Shown: positions 47,617-57,464, counted from the first letter of the stretch. The stretch: DNA of 57,635 nucleotides from Candidatus Collierbacteria bacterium (GCA_016219325.1 JACRNH010000010.1:1-57635), one strand, 5' to 3'. Numbers and translations: made by a program. The notes: generated from the sequence alone by a model not told the origin.

Positions 47617-48251
47617 AAATGGACATAGTTGATATGAACGGAAAGAAATCGGGAGTCATGGAGGTTGCAGGTGGGGTATTTGCGGTTCCGATGAATCCCA
47701 CATTAGTGGCACAGGCTGTTTATGTGGCAAATGCTAATTTGAGACAAGGAGCAGCCACGGCTTTAACGCGGGGAGAAACTTATGGCAGCCGGCGCAAACT
47801 TTACCGTCAAAAAGGTACCGGCAATGCCAGGCATGGGGATAAATTCGCTCCGCAATTTGTCGGAGGCGGAATTTCCCATGGTCCGCTAACTGAAAAAAAT
47901 TACCGCAAGAGTATTACTTTAAAGATGAAAAGAAAAGCTTTTTGCTGTGTTTTATCTCAAAAAGTCAGAACTAATAATTTAATAGTGATTGAAGATTTGG
48001 ATAAGAAAAAGAAGACAAAGGAAATGGCAAAAATGATGATCAAAATTTCCACAGGTTCTAAATTATTGTTTTTAGCCGACGAAAAGCACGCTTGGGCATT
48101 AAGGTTGTTAAAGAATTTGCCGGAAATAATATCTGGCAGAGCTATGAATATGGATATTTTGTCTTTAATGAAAACCAATACAGTTATTGTTACCCGTGAC
48201 GGAGTGACAGAGCTAGAACTTAGATTGAAAGGGGTTAAGGGGAATAAATGA
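47613..48251 (+). CDS. rplD: 50S ribosomal protein L4
   Basis: RQKGTGNARHG..AP.F.GGG..HGP. Confidence 0.97.
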   Translation: MKMDIVDMNGKKSGVMEVAGGVFAVPMNPTLVAQAVYVANANLRQGAATALTRGETYGSRRKLYRQKGTGNARHGDKFAPQFVGGGISHGPLTEKNYRKSITLKMKRKAFCCVLSQKVRTNNLIVIEDLDKKKKTKEMAKMMIKISTGSKLLFLADEKHAWALRLLKNLPEIISGRAMNMDILSLMKTNTVIVTRDGVTELELRLKGVKGNK

Positions 48252-48553
48252 AAACTTGGGAAATTATTAAAAAACCAATTGTCACCGAAAAGGCTTTAGC
48301 TAAAGGGGGAAATACCCATAGATTTACGTTTGAGGTTGATAGAAATTCAGCCAAAACGCAAATCAAAGAAGCAATTTTTGCTCAATTTGGGATTAGACCA
48401 AAGAGAGTAAATACGTCTGTTCGTAAGGGCAGATCTAAAAGAACAAGGGGTGGAAGGGCCGAGAGAATGATAGCCCCGAAGAAATACGCAGTAGTATTTT
48501 TTTCAGCCGATCAAAAGATACCTGAAACTTTGTCTGGTAGAACCGAAAAATAA
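48248..48553 (+). CDS. rplW: 50S ribosomal protein L23
   Basis: IIKKPIVTEKA, K.QIKEAI; operon position. Confidence 0.95.
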   Translation: MKTWEIIKKPIVTEKALAKGGNTHRFTFEVDRNSAKTQIKEAIFAQFGIRPKRVNTSVRKGRSKRTRGGRAERMIAPKKYAVVFFSADQKIPETLSGRTEK

Positions 48554-48562
48554 ATTAAAATT

Positions 48563-49393
48563 ATGCAACTCAAATCTTATAAACCAACCACGCCGGGTAG
48601 ACGCCATCTGGCTTTAGTTGAAGTTAAATTTAAAGGAAAGCCGGAAAAGTCCCTTATCGCTAGGGTTTCCCATCATTCGGCAGGTAGAAACTATGCTGGA
48701 AGAGTTACGATTCGTCATCGTGGCGGCGGTGAAAAAAGATTTTTACGGATAATTGACTGGAAGCGTAATATCGAAGGAATTCCCGGGAAAGTCGATCGTC
48801 TGGAATATGATCCTAATCGTTCTTCTTGGATAGCCCTAATTGTTTATGGCAATGGAGCCAAACGCTATATATTGGCTCCGGATGGTTTAGTTGAGGGACA
48901 AATAATTATGGCGGGGAATAAGGCCCCAATTGAAGTGGGCAATTGTTTACCTTTGTCAGAGATACCGATTGGAATGGCAATACACAATTTAGAAATTCGT
49001 CCTGGTAGGGGAGCTCAAATGGTAAGGAGCGCTGGCCAGGCAGCTATAATTCAAGCTAAAGACGAAAAAGGCATTGATGTTAAACTACCCTCTGGAGAGT
49101 TGAGACGATTTGTCATAGACGCTAAAGCCACTATTGGTCAGGTTAGTAACGTGATGCATAAAAATGAGAAACTGGGAAAAGCAGGAAGAAGGCGTCATAT
49201 GGGTTGGCGGCCGGCAGTCAGAGGAGTGGCTATGAATCCGCGGCGCCATCCTCACGGCGGCGGAGAGGGGCGAAGCGGAATTGGCTTAAAGAGTCCTAAA
49301 TCATTATGGGGTAAGAGGACGATGGGAAAGAAGACAAGAAAGAACAAATATAGTAATAGACTGATATTGAAGGATGGAAGAATAAAAGAATAA
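48563..49393 (+). CDS. rplB: 50S ribosomal protein L2
   Basis: [29 protein letters not shown]. Confidence 0.98.
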   Translation: MQLKSYKPTTPGRRHLALVEVKFKGKPEKSLIARVSHHSAGRNYAGRVTIRHRGGGEKRFLRIIDWKRNIEGIPGKVDRLEYDPNRSSWIALIVYGNGAKRYILAPDGLVEGQIIMAGNKAPIEVGNCLPLSEIPIGMAIHNLEIRPGRGAQMVRSAGQAAIIQAKDEKGIDVKLPSGELRRFVIDAKATIGQVSNVMHKNEKLGKAGRRRHMGWRPAVRGVAMNPRRHPHGGGEGRSGIGLKSPKSLWGKRTMGKKTRKNKYSNRLILKDGRIKE

Positions 49394-49395
49394 AT

Positions 49396-49680
49396 ATGTC
49401 ACGATCATCTAAGAAGGGTCCATACATTGACGAGAAATTGGCTAAAAAAGTCTTAAGTCAAAAAGCTTCTGGTGAAAAAACGCCGATTAAGACTTGGTCC
49501 AGAGATTCGCAAATTCCACCGGATTTTGTTGGCCACACTTTTTCAATTCATAATGGGAAAGCCTTTAAAGATGTCTTTATTACAGAGTCTATGGTGGGAT
49601 ATAGATTGGGAGAGTTTTCCCCGACCAGGACATTTAAAGGTCATGGCAGAATGGTTAAGAGATTAATGACTAAGACTTAA
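49396..49680 (+). CDS. rpsS: 30S ribosomal protein S19
   Basis: [22 protein letters not shown]. Confidence 0.98.
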   Translation: MSRSSKKGPYIDEKLAKKVLSQKASGEKTPIKTWSRDSQIPPDFVGHTFSIHNGKAFKDVFITESMVGYRLGEFSPTRTFKGHGRMVKRLMTKT

Positions 49681-49691
49681 AGGAGAAAACA

Positions 49692-50078
49692 ATGAGCAAT
49701 GAACAAGAAACAAGAAACAGGAAGCAGGAAGAAATTGTGGTCAGGGCGGAATCGTCTATTGCCAGACAATCTGTTAGGAAAATGCAATTAGTTTCAAGGG
49801 CTATTTCTGGCATGACGCCTGCTGCAGCGGTAGAAGTTTTAAAATTTATGAATAAAAAAGCGGCCGAGCCTATAGGCAAAACTATTCGACAGGCCATAGC
49901 AAACGCGACCAATAACTTAAAGATAGCAGAGAGTTCTTTTGGTAGATTACTAGTCGAGTTACAAGAAGGACCGACGATGAAGCGATGGCGAATGGGTAGT
50001 CGGGGAAGGACTAAGCCAATTTTGAAAAGAACGGGGAAAATTATAGTTAAATTGTTTATAAAAAAAGGAGAGAAATAA
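49692..50078 (+). CDS. rplV: 50S ribosomal protein L22 (heptamer-like N-terminal extension)
   Basis: RQS.RK, AIANA.NN, EGPTMKR..GR...ILKRT. Confidence 0.95.
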   Translation: MSNEQETRNRKQEEIVVRAESSIARQSVRKMQLVSRAISGMTPAAAVEVLKFMNKKAAEPIGKTIRQAIANATNNLKIAESSFGRLLVELQEGPTMKRWRMGSRGRTKPILKRTGKIIVKLFIKKGEK

Positions 50079-50081
50079 ATT

Positions 50082-50741
50082 ATGGGACAAAAAGTACACC
50101 CAACCGGTTTTAGGTTAGGACCACTTTATACTTGGGCTTCCCAGTGGTATGCCGAGAAAGGAAATTATCAGGAACAGATTTTTGAAGATCAAAGTTTAAG
50201 ATTGTTTTTAACTAAGCGTTTAACTTTGGCCGGAATTACAAAAATTGAAATAAAGAGATCTATTAATACTATTAACATCATTTTGCATGTGGCAAGACCT
50301 GGAGTAGTGATTGGCCGGGGAGGATCGACTTTGAAAGCCTTGCAAGATGAACTAGAGGGAATGATTGAGGTCAGTAAAAGCGGAAATAAGGGAAAAAGAA
50401 TAGGTCTGGATGTGGTTGAGGTTGAGAATGCGGAGCAGGAAGCTGCAATTGTAGCTCAAAGAATAGCCGATCAATTAGTCAAGAGGTATCCTTCTCGCAG
50501 GGCAGTCTCTCAGGCTTTAGATAAAGTTCGTCAGGCAGGAGCGCTGGGAATTAAGATTCAGCTTTCGGGGAGGATCAACGGAGCAGAAATTAGCCGGCGT
50601 GAAAAATATAGCAGTGGAACAGTTCCGACTCAAACTTTAAGAAATGATATTAGTTATGCGCAAGTGCCAGCATTGACTAGATCTGGATATGTTGGAGTGA
50701 AAGTCTGGATAAATAGAGGAGAAAAAATAATTATTTCTTAA
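50082..50741 (+). CDS. rpsC: 30S ribosomal protein S3
   Basis: MGQKVHPTGFRLG, RPGVVIGRGG, SGRINGAEI.R. Confidence 0.98.
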   Translation: MGQKVHPTGFRLGPLYTWASQWYAEKGNYQEQIFEDQSLRLFLTKRLTLAGITKIEIKRSINTINIILHVARPGVVIGRGGSTLKALQDELEGMIEVSKSGNKGKRIGLDVVEVENAEQEAAIVAQRIADQLVKRYPSRRAVSQALDKVRQAGALGIKIQLSGRINGAEISRREKYSSGTVPTQTLRNDISYAQVPALTRSGYVGVKVWINRGEKIIIS

Positions 50742-50744
50742 TAC

Positions 50745-51161
50745 ATGTTGCAACCGAAGAGACGGAAATTCCGCAAAGAATTCAGAGGAAATATGAAAGG
50801 AAACGCCACCAGCGGTTTTGAAGTGGATTTTGGTGAATACGGACTTAAGGCCATGGGTAGAGGCTGGATGACATCCAGACAGCTTGAGGCCGCCAGAAAA
50901 ACAATTGCCCATTGTACTAAAAGGCAGGGAAAAATCTGGATTAGACTATTCCCCAACAAGCCGATTACTGCTAAGGGTCCCGGAGTCGGGATGGGATCGG
51001 GCAAAGGTGATATTAAAGAATATGTGGCACCGGTAATTCCTGGGAAAATTCTGTTTGAAATTTCAGGAGTAACCCGGGAAATTGCAACAGAATCAATGCG
51101 TCTCGCAGGGCATAAATTGCCCTTTGCGACAAGTTTAGTCCAGAGGGGGGAAATATTATGA
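50745..51161 (+). CDS. rplP: 50S ribosomal protein L16
   Basis: MLQPKR.KFRK, RQLEAAR, MGSGKG. Confidence 0.98.
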   Translation: MLQPKRRKFRKEFRGNMKGNATSGFEVDFGEYGLKAMGRGWMTSRQLEAARKTIAHCTKRQGKIWIRLFPNKPITAKGPGVGMGSGKGDIKEYVAPVIPGKILFEISGVTREIATESMRLAGHKLPFATSLVQRGEIL

Positions 51162-51358
51162 ACAAAAAGAAATTAATTTTACCTAAAGATTTAAAAGAAC
51201 TGGAGGCGCTGTTAAACGAATGGAGCCAAAAAAGGCAAAAACTGGAACTTGAAGCAGTTACCGGAAAATTAAAAAAAATATCGGATCTGGCAGATGCCAG
51301 AAGAAAAATAGCTCAAATATTGACTAAAATAAATGAGCAGAAAAATATTAAAGAATAA
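51158..51358 (+). CDS. rpmC: 50S ribosomal protein L29
   Basis: RRKIAQILT; operon position. Confidence 0.9.
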   Translation: MNKKKLILPKDLKELEALLNEWSQKRQKLELEAVTGKLKKISDLADARRKIAQILTKINEQKNIKE

Positions 51359-51359
51359 T

Positions 51360-51578
51360 ATGAAAATACTTACTGGAGTAGTTATTAATACCAAAATGCA
51401 AAAATCAGCCACTGTCAGAGTGGACCGAATGTGGCGCCATCCAATTTACAAAAAACAGATGAAAAGATCTAAAAAGTTTTTAGTCCATGCTGAAAATCCG
51501 GTTGAAACCGGTCAAATCGTTAAAATAGTTGAAATTAAACCTATGAGCAGGCTAAAAAGATGGAGGATAGTCCAATGA
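51360..51578 (+). CDS. rpsQ: 30S ribosomal protein S17
   Basis: G.V...KMQK, HPIYKK, KP.SRLKRW. Confidence 0.95.
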   Translation: MKILTGVVINTKMQKSATVRVDRMWRHPIYKKQMKRSKKFLVHAENPVETGQIVKIVEIKPMSRLKRWRIVQ

Positions 51579-51949
51579 TTCAATTAAGGACAGTTTTAAC
51601 CGTAGCAGACAATACCGGAGCCAGAAAATTAAGAGTTTATATGATTCACGGAGGATTTAAGCGCAAATTCGGTTATATCGGAGATTTTGTTGGAGCTTCG
51701 GTGGTTGAGGCAATTCCGGAATCAGCTTTTTCGGCAGGAACTAAAGTTAAAGCGGTTATAGTCAGAACTAGGCATCCGTTAAGGCGCAAAGATGGATCCA
51801 GAATACGTTTTGACGATAATGCCGGTATTATCTTGGAAAGCGTAGAAAGTAAAAATCCGGCCGGTAGTAGGGTTTTTGGGCCGATTGCCAGGGAAGTGAA
51901 AGAAAAAGGATACACGAAAATTTCGTCATTGGCGGAAGAGGTGGTTTAA
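51575..51949 (+). CDS. rplN: 50S ribosomal protein L14
   Basis: MIQ..T.L.VADNTGA, IRFDDNA, RVFGPIARE. Confidence 0.98.
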   Translation: MIQLRTVLTVADNTGARKLRVYMIHGGFKRKFGYIGDFVGASVVEAIPESAFSAGTKVKAVIVRTRHPLRRKDGSRIRFDDNAGIILESVESKNPAGSRVFGPIAREVKEKGYTKISSLAEEVV

Positions 51950-51986
51950 AAGGAGTAATGAGTAAAGGGTAAGGAGTAAAAATATT

Positions 51987-52298
51987 ATGAAATTAAAAAA
52001 GGGAGACACCGTTTTTATAACTGCCGGAAAAGATAATGGCCGGGAAGGGAAGATAGTAGCAGTTCTGCCCAAAGAAGGGAAAGTTATAGTTGAAGGTATT
52101 AACAAATATAAAAAGCATATTAAACCGCGCGGAGAGGGACAGACAGGCAGTATTCAGGAAAGAGAAAGGCCGATTAGCGTTGCCAGTGTAGCTTTCATGT
52201 GCCCTAAATGCAAACAAGCCAGCAGAATTGGATATAAGAATAACCGTGACGGTAAAAAAATCAGAATCTGTCGTAAATGTGAAGAGAATTTAATATGA
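51987..52298 (+). CDS. rplX: 50S ribosomal protein L24
   Basis: KKGDTV....GKD.G..G, VEGIN..KKH. Confidence 0.95.
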   Translation: MKLKKGDTVFITAGKDNGREGKIVAVLPKEGKVIVEGINKYKKHIKPRGEGQTGSIQERERPISVASVAFMCPKCKQASRIGYKNNRDGKKIRICRKCEENLI

Positions 52299-52849
52299 AT
52301 AGATTAAAACAGAAGTACCAAAATGAGATAGTTCCCAATCTGGCCAAGGAATTAAGCCTGGATAATCTTTTGGCTGTCCCTTATTTAGATAAAGTGGTGG
52401 TATCGACGGCATTTAAAGAAGTCCAGCATCAGGATCAGGCCATAGATTCTGCTAAGAAATGGCTATCAGCCATGACCGGGCAGAATCCGAAAGTTACCAC
52501 AGCCAAAAAATCTATCGCTAGTTTTAATGTCAGGCAGGGGGACGTTCTTGGTCTTCAGGTAACTTTAAGGCGCGACAGAATGTGGGAATTTGTTGATAAA
52601 CTAATTTCGATTGCTCTCCCGAGGCTAAGGGATTTTCAGGGAATAAGTCCAAAAGGTTTCGATGGGCATGGAAATTATACTTTAGGATTAACCGAGCAAA
52701 TAATTTTTCCGGAAGTTGACTATGACACTATCGGCAAAATCAGGGGCTTGCAAATAACATTTGCCACGACTGCTTCTGATGATAAAATATCCCGAAGATT
52801 ACTAGAAAGTATCGGAATGCCGTTTGAAAAAACAGAAAGTAGAAAATAA
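52295..52849 (+). CDS. rplE: 50S ribosomal protein L5
   Basis: TGQ.P..T.AKKSIA.F, LPR.RDFQG, FDG.GNY.LG..EQIIFPE. Confidence 0.98.
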   Translation: MNRLKQKYQNEIVPNLAKELSLDNLLAVPYLDKVVVSTAFKEVQHQDQAIDSAKKWLSAMTGQNPKVTTAKKSIASFNVRQGDVLGLQVTLRRDRMWEFVDKLISIALPRLRDFQGISPKGFDGHGNYTLGLTEQIIFPEVDYDTIGKIRGLQITFATTASDDKISRRLLESIGMPFEKTESRK

Positions 52850-52914
52850 TGAGTAAAGAGTAATGAGTAATGAAATGAAAATCATTACTTTCTACTTTCT
52901 ACTCATTACTCATT
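52834..52914 (+). repeat. Empty heptamer hairpin element between rplE and the S14 gene
   Basis: Right arm 52883..52914 is identical (32 bp) to those at 19010 and 20216; the left arm contains the rplE stop. Confidence 0.9.
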
Positions 52915-52920
52915 AGATTT

Positions 52921-53106
52921 ATGGCTAAAAAAAGCAAAATTATCAAAGCCGAAAGGTTGAAAGACCATCCTACTAAAGCCCGGAATAGATGCCGGCGCTG
53001 TGGCAGGCCAAGAGGATATATCAGGGTTTTTGGGATTTGCCGTTTATGTTTCCGGGAATTAGCCCATAAAGGAGAATTGCCGGGAGTAGTTAAAGCATCA
53101 TGGTAA
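52921..53106 (+). CDS. rpsN: 30S ribosomal protein S14, zinc-binding type Z
   Basis: RC..CGR.RG, CR.CFRE.A..G.LPGV.KASW. Confidence 0.97.
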   Translation: MAKKSKIIKAERLKDHPTKARNRCRRCGRPRGYIRVFGICRLCFRELAHKGELPGVVKASW

Positions 53107-53110
53107 AAAT

Positions 53111-53509
53111 ATGGATACAATAGGAAATCTTATTACAATTATCAGGAATGGATATATGGCCCACCGAATGGCGGTTGCCGTTCCGTATAGCAAACAGTCA
53201 GAAAGCGTTTGTAGGTTGTTGCTGGAAAATGGTTATTTGGCCGGGATAAAAGAATCCAAAAAAACATCTAATAAAAGTGAATTTAAAATTCTGAAATTGG
53301 AACTAAAATATCAGAACAGCCAACCAATATTAACCAATATCACCAGAATCAGCAAACCGGGCCGGAGATTATATTCATCGTACAAGAAGTTGCCAAAGCC
53401 TTTAGGCGGATACGGGTTAGTTATTTTGACAACTAATAAAGGAATGATGATAGACAAAAGTGCCCGTAAGGACAAAGTTGGCGGAGAGCCGCTTTTATCA
53501 GTTTGGTAA
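53111..53509 (+). CDS. rpsH: 30S ribosomal protein S8
   Basis: D.I.++T.IRNG, RISKPGRR.Y, GGE....VW. Confidence 0.97.
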   Translation: MDTIGNLITIIRNGYMAHRMAVAVPYSKQSESVCRLLLENGYLAGIKESKKTSNKSEFKILKLELKYQNSQPILTNITRISKPGRRLYSSYKKLPKPLGGYGLVILTTNKGMMIDKSARKDKVGGEPLLSVW

Positions 53510-53516
53510 ATATATT

Positions 53517-54077
53517 ATGTCCAGAATAGGTAAAAAACCAGTATTATTAGGAGAAAGTGTGACGGCAACAATAGTTGATAATAAGATCACATTAAAAGGT
53601 CCAAAAGGCGAATTGTCATTAGACATGCACCCTTTGACTTCTGCAGTGGTAACGGATGGCCAGGTCGTCGTTTCTAAGAAAAACGATACAAAATTAGCCA
53701 ACGCAATCCATGGTTTGACAAGATCTCTGATTGCCAATATGGCCAATGGGGTCAAGAATGGATACGAGAAAAAATTAGAGATGGTAGGAACAGGTTACCG
53801 GGTGGTAAAAAAGGGTTCGGGCCTACAGCTGTCTTTGGGGTTTTCCCACACTATAGATTTTCCGGCAATTGAAGGAATTAATTTGGAAGTGGAAGGCAAT
53901 ACCATTATTTTCGTTAAAGGTATTGATAAACAGTTGGTTGGACAAATTGCCGCTAATATTCGAGCTTTGCGCCCGCCGGAGCCATATAAAGGTAAAGGAG
54001 TTAGATATTCGGGCGAACATGTCAGAAGAAAAGCCGGTAAGCAGGCAAAGGCAGGGGCCACCGGAGCAGGAAAATAA
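53517..54077 (+). CDS. rplF: 50S ribosomal protein L6
   Basis: [29 protein letters not shown]. Confidence 0.98.
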   Translation: MSRIGKKPVLLGESVTATIVDNKITLKGPKGELSLDMHPLTSAVVTDGQVVVSKKNDTKLANAIHGLTRSLIANMANGVKNGYEKKLEMVGTGYRVVKKGSGLQLSLGFSHTIDFPAIEGINLEVEGNTIIFVKGIDKQLVGQIAANIRALRPPEPYKGKGVRYSGEHVRRKAGKQAKAGATGAGK

Positions 54078-54084
54078 AAATAAT

Positions 54085-54438
54085 ATGATAAACAGATATA
54101 AAACTATTAACGACAGGCGTAAAGCCGCAGCCAGGAAGAAGCTTTTGGGCGTTGGAAACAGACCAAGATTGGCCGTCCATAGGTCTGCGCAACATATTTA
54201 TTGCCAGATTATTGATGTGACCGGCGGTAAGATTTTGGCAGCTGCTTCTGATTTGGATTTAAAAAGTAAAGAAAAATTATCCAAAACGTCTAGGTCAACT
54301 GCGGTGGGCGAAATTTTAGCTCAAAAAGCAAAAAAATCAGGGGTTACAAAAGTTATGTTTGATCGCGGAGCTTATAAATATCACGGCCGGGTAAAAGCTT
54401 TGGCCGAAGCAGCCAGGAAAGGTGGATTGGAGTTTTAA
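54085..54438 (+). CDS. rplR: 50S ribosomal protein L18
   Basis: [30 protein letters not shown]. Confidence 0.97.
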   Translation: MINRYKTINDRRKAAARKKLLGVGNRPRLAVHRSAQHIYCQIIDVTGGKILAAASDLDLKSKEKLSKTSRSTAVGEILAQKAKKSGVTKVMFDRGAYKYHGRVKALAEAARKGGLEF

Positions 54439-54440
54439 AT

Positions 54441-54911
54441 ATGAGAGAACAAAGCGAATTCGCAGAAAAAATTATTCAGATTAACCGGGTGTCCAAAAAA
54501 ACCCAAGGCGGAAATAAAATGGCATTTTCCGTATTGATGGTGGTGGGTGATAAAAAGGGTCGGGTGGGGATTGGCCTAGGGAAGGCTCCGGATGTTTTGT
54601 CTGGAATTAAAAAAGCTTCACGCAGAGCTAAGGATAGGATGATTAATGTTCCTATTGTTAATACAACTATCCCATTTCCGATGTCAGTTAAATTAGGAGC
54701 GGTTAAGATAATTTTGCGTCCGGCGCCATCAGGAACAGGGATTATCGCCGGCGGTGCTATCAGGGCAATTTTGGATGTAGCCGGTTATAGAAATGTGGTC
54801 TGTAAAATTTTGGGGACCAGCAATCCGGCGTCTAATACCTATGCGACTCTTGAAACTTTGGCTAAAATGAGCGTTATTGCTAAAAAGAAAGGGATAGAAG
54901 GAATTGTATGA
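54441..54911 (+). CDS. rpsE: 30S ribosomal protein S5
   Basis: INRV.K...GG, VVGD..G.VG.G.GKA, PAP.GTGIIAGG. Confidence 0.97.
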   Translation: MREQSEFAEKIIQINRVSKKTQGGNKMAFSVLMVVGDKKGRVGIGLGKAPDVLSGIKKASRRAKDRMINVPIVNTTIPFPMSVKLGAVKIILRPAPSGTGIIAGGAIRAILDVAGYRNVVCKILGTSNPASNTYATLETLAKMSVIAKKKGIEGIV

Positions 54912-55600
54912 ATGAATCCGGACAAATAAATTTACATTCATTACCGAAAATTGCGGCCCGCGGTAAAAAGAGGGTTGGTCGTGGATACGGGTCAGGCAAA
55001 GGCGGGCATACTTCCGGCCGCGGACAAAAAGGTCAACGCAGTCGCCGAACCATTCCGTGGTCTTTTGAAGGCGGAGCTTTGCCCATGTCGCAAAGAGTTC
55101 CGTTTTGGCGGGGAAAAGGCCGTCTAAATCCTTTAAGCGATAATCCGGTAGCAATTAACTTAAATCAATTGGATAAATTGCCGGCAGGGACAACCATTGA
55201 TGCTGAGTTTTTGGTGAAAAAGGGTTGGGTTAAGAATAAAGAAATTACCGCTAGAGGGGCTAAAATTTTGGGGGGCGGCAAGTTGACTAAAAAATTAACG
55301 ATCGTAGGTTTAAAAATATCCGCTTCGGCTAAAGCCGCGGTGGAGAAGGCAGGGGGAAAGGTGGAAGAGCCCCAAAGTATGCTTGCCACGAGCCACCCGC
55401 CCAAAGCTACGCATTTGCTGGCGGGGCGCTCTCGTGGAGCGCAACTTCGGGGTTCGGATGCACCAGCAGATTTTTCTAAGAAGAAAAATCTGGGTTCATC
55501 CGAAAAAACGGCTAAAAAGGTTGAGAAGGTTGAAAAGAAAGAAGTCGTGGAGAAAAAAGTGGTTAAAAAGAAAGCTGTTGCTAAGCCAAAGAAAGCTTAA
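54908..55600 (+). CDS. rplO: 50S ribosomal protein L15 with a long C-terminal extension (repeat insertion plus Lys-rich tail)
   Basis: RVGRG.GSGKG..SGRGQKGQ, FEGG, KILG.G; ~75 extra residues after AGGKV. Confidence 0.95.
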   Translation: MNESGQINLHSLPKIAARGKKRVGRGYGSGKGGHTSGRGQKGQRSRRTIPWSFEGGALPMSQRVPFWRGKGRLNPLSDNPVAINLNQLDKLPAGTTIDAEFLVKKGWVKNKEITARGAKILGGGKLTKKLTIVGLKISASAKAAVEKAGGKVEEPQSMLATSHPPKATHLLAGRSRGAQLRGSDAPADFSKKKNLGSSEKTAKKVEKVEKKEVVEKKVVKKKAVAKPKKA

Positions 55601-55608
55601 TCCCCCTC

Positions 55609-55644
55609 TTGACACTTCGGGTATTTTATTGGTAGAAATAATCC
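55609..55644 (+). promoter_or_regulatory. Promoter TTGACA-18-TAGAAA (TG-extended), leaderless
   Basis: Read directly; N6 spacing to ATG 55645. Confidence 0.5.
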
Positions 55645-55908
55645 ATGTCAGTTTTAATTCATGAGCCGGTGGCGGTGGTAGCGGTATTTAAGAATGGCCG
55701 GGTGAAGCCCGTAGTGTTTCGATGGAAAGATAAAAAAATTTCTATTGAGAATATTTCCTTTGCGTGGAAAACAATGCAAGGGAAGGAAAAACTTCTTCAT
55801 TTTACTGTTACTGCCGCTAAAACATTATACGAATTGATGTTTGACATTTCGTCAATGACATGGAGCTTGGAACGGGTTGAAACAAGCGCCGGAGTTTTTA
55901 CGACATAA
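55645..55908 (+). CDS. Small beta-rich protein preceding dinB (DUF6504-like)
   Basis: P..FRW, W...G....HF.V, YEL.FD.....W.L. Confidence 0.6.
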   Translation: MSVLIHEPVAVVAVFKNGRVKPVVFRWKDKKISIENISFAWKTMQGKEKLLHFTVTAAKTLYELMFDISSMTWSLERVETSAGVFTT

Positions 55909-55983
55909 AATGTTATATAACATTTTACTAATTCTAATACCTGTTGCTTTGGTTAATAACTAACGACTAATAACTAATAATTT

Positions 55984-57231
55984 ATGCAAACGACTATCCT
56001 CCATATCGACTTTAATTCCTATTTTGCCAGCGTGGAACAGCAGAAAAATCCGTTTTTGCGGGGCAAGCCAGTGGGGGTAATAAAGGCTGAAGGTCGGACG
56101 GTAATTATTGCCGCTTCATATGAGGCAAAGAGACGCGGGGTTAAAACAGGGACAAGCGTGTCCGAGGTTAAGCAGCTTTGCCCGGAGATTTTATTAGTTC
56201 CGGCGGATTTTGACAGCTATGATTACATTACTCATAAATTTTATGAAATTTGTAATAGATACAGCGATTTGGTGGAATTGTTTTCTTTGGATGAGGTTTT
56301 CTTAGATGTGTCGCGGACAGCGTTACTGTTTGGAGATGCCGGAAAGATTGCCTTTTTATTAAAAAAAGATATCAGGGAAGAGTTAGGAGAGTGGTTGCCG
56401 GTCAGCATTGGGATTGCTAAAAATAAACTATTGGCCAAATTGGCTTCTGATTTGGAAAAGCCAAATGGTTTGGTAGAAATTACCGGTGAAAATCTTGACG
56501 ATTGTTTGGGCCGGGCGGAGTTTGAGCAAATTTGCGGCATCGGCCGCCGGCTGGAGCAAAGATTGCGGGATATGGGGATTACTCAATTGCTGCAAATCAG
56601 GTCGGTGCCGGAAAGACTTTTGGCGGCCGGCTTTGGCCCGTACTGGTCTAAACAGTTAAGAAATATGTCTTGGGGAGAGGATAGCTCTCCGATTGTTCCG
56701 TCTTATGAATTGCCTTTGCCAAAAACTGTTTCCCGGACGCATACTTTATTTAAAGATGTCTTTGAAACAGTAAAAATTTTAGCCGTCATCAGAAATTTGG
56801 TTGAAGAGGCCGCCGAAAAACTAAGGCTGGCGAAAATGTCCGGCCGGCAATTCGGTCTGATGGTCAGAAGCGGAGAAAACAGCGAAGTGCGGTTTATAAC
56901 CAGAAAATATTTTAGCAACGATTCTTTAAATATTTTCCAGGAGTTAAAACGATTATTTTTATCACTAAAGTGGCGCGGTGGGGTTAGATTCTTAGGCGTT
57001 TGGATCGGCTTGTTGGCGGAAGAGAATAGTTTATCCCAGTCGCTTTTGCCGGAAGTAAACCGCCGGATTGCGGTTTTATCCGTTCAGGATAAGATCAATT
57101 TAAGATTCGGCCATTACACTTTATTTCCGGCCAGCCTCCTGCAAGCTTCAATCATTCATCCGGAAGTTAATGGATATTTGGGAGACGAGAGAATTAAGCA
57201 AAGGATAAACGAAATAAGCGCGATTTTCTAA
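55984..57231 (+). CDS. dinB: Y-family DNA polymerase (Pol IV/DinB-like)
   Basis: HIDFNSYFASVEQ, ASYEAK..GV, SLDE.FLD, SIGIA.NKLLAKLASD..KP, GIG. Confidence 0.92.
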   Translation: MQTTILHIDFNSYFASVEQQKNPFLRGKPVGVIKAEGRTVIIAASYEAKRRGVKTGTSVSEVKQLCPEILLVPADFDSYDYITHKFYEICNRYSDLVELFSLDEVFLDVSRTALLFGDAGKIAFLLKKDIREELGEWLPVSIGIAKNKLLAKLASDLEKPNGLVEITGENLDDCLGRAEFEQICGIGRRLEQRLRDMGITQLLQIRSVPERLLAAGFGPYWSKQLRNMSWGEDSSPIVPSYELPLPKTVSRTHTLFKDVFETVKILAVIRNLVEEAAEKLRLAKMSGRQFGLMVRSGENSEVRFITRKYFSNDSLNIFQELKRLFLSLKWRGGVRFLGVWIGLLAEENSLSQSLLPEVNRRIAVLSVQDKINLRFGHYTLFPASLLQASIIHPEVNGYLGDERIKQRINEISAIF

Positions 57232-57237
57232 GGTCAT

Positions 57238-57464
57238 TTAAAGTCTCGAATTAATTTTCTTTCTTGGCAACATTAAGTCAATGTATCGGAATTTTCGTCC
57301 AATCTGAAAATTATGTCTTTTAAATAAGTTTAAAGACGTTTCGTTTTCTTCTTGAATGTCACAGAATACGTGGTTACAGTCATTCGGTCTTTCCTCAAGT
57401 AGTTTTATTGTTTTTTGCAGTAGTTGTCCAGCAATGCCTTGTCTCTGGTAATACTGCAATAGTA
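57238..57464 (-). pseudogene. 3' part of a GNAT acetyltransferase cut off by the IS1634-like element
   Basis: YQRQGIA..LL and N..S..LF....F motifs; the 5' end abuts the IS end. Confidence 0.65.
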
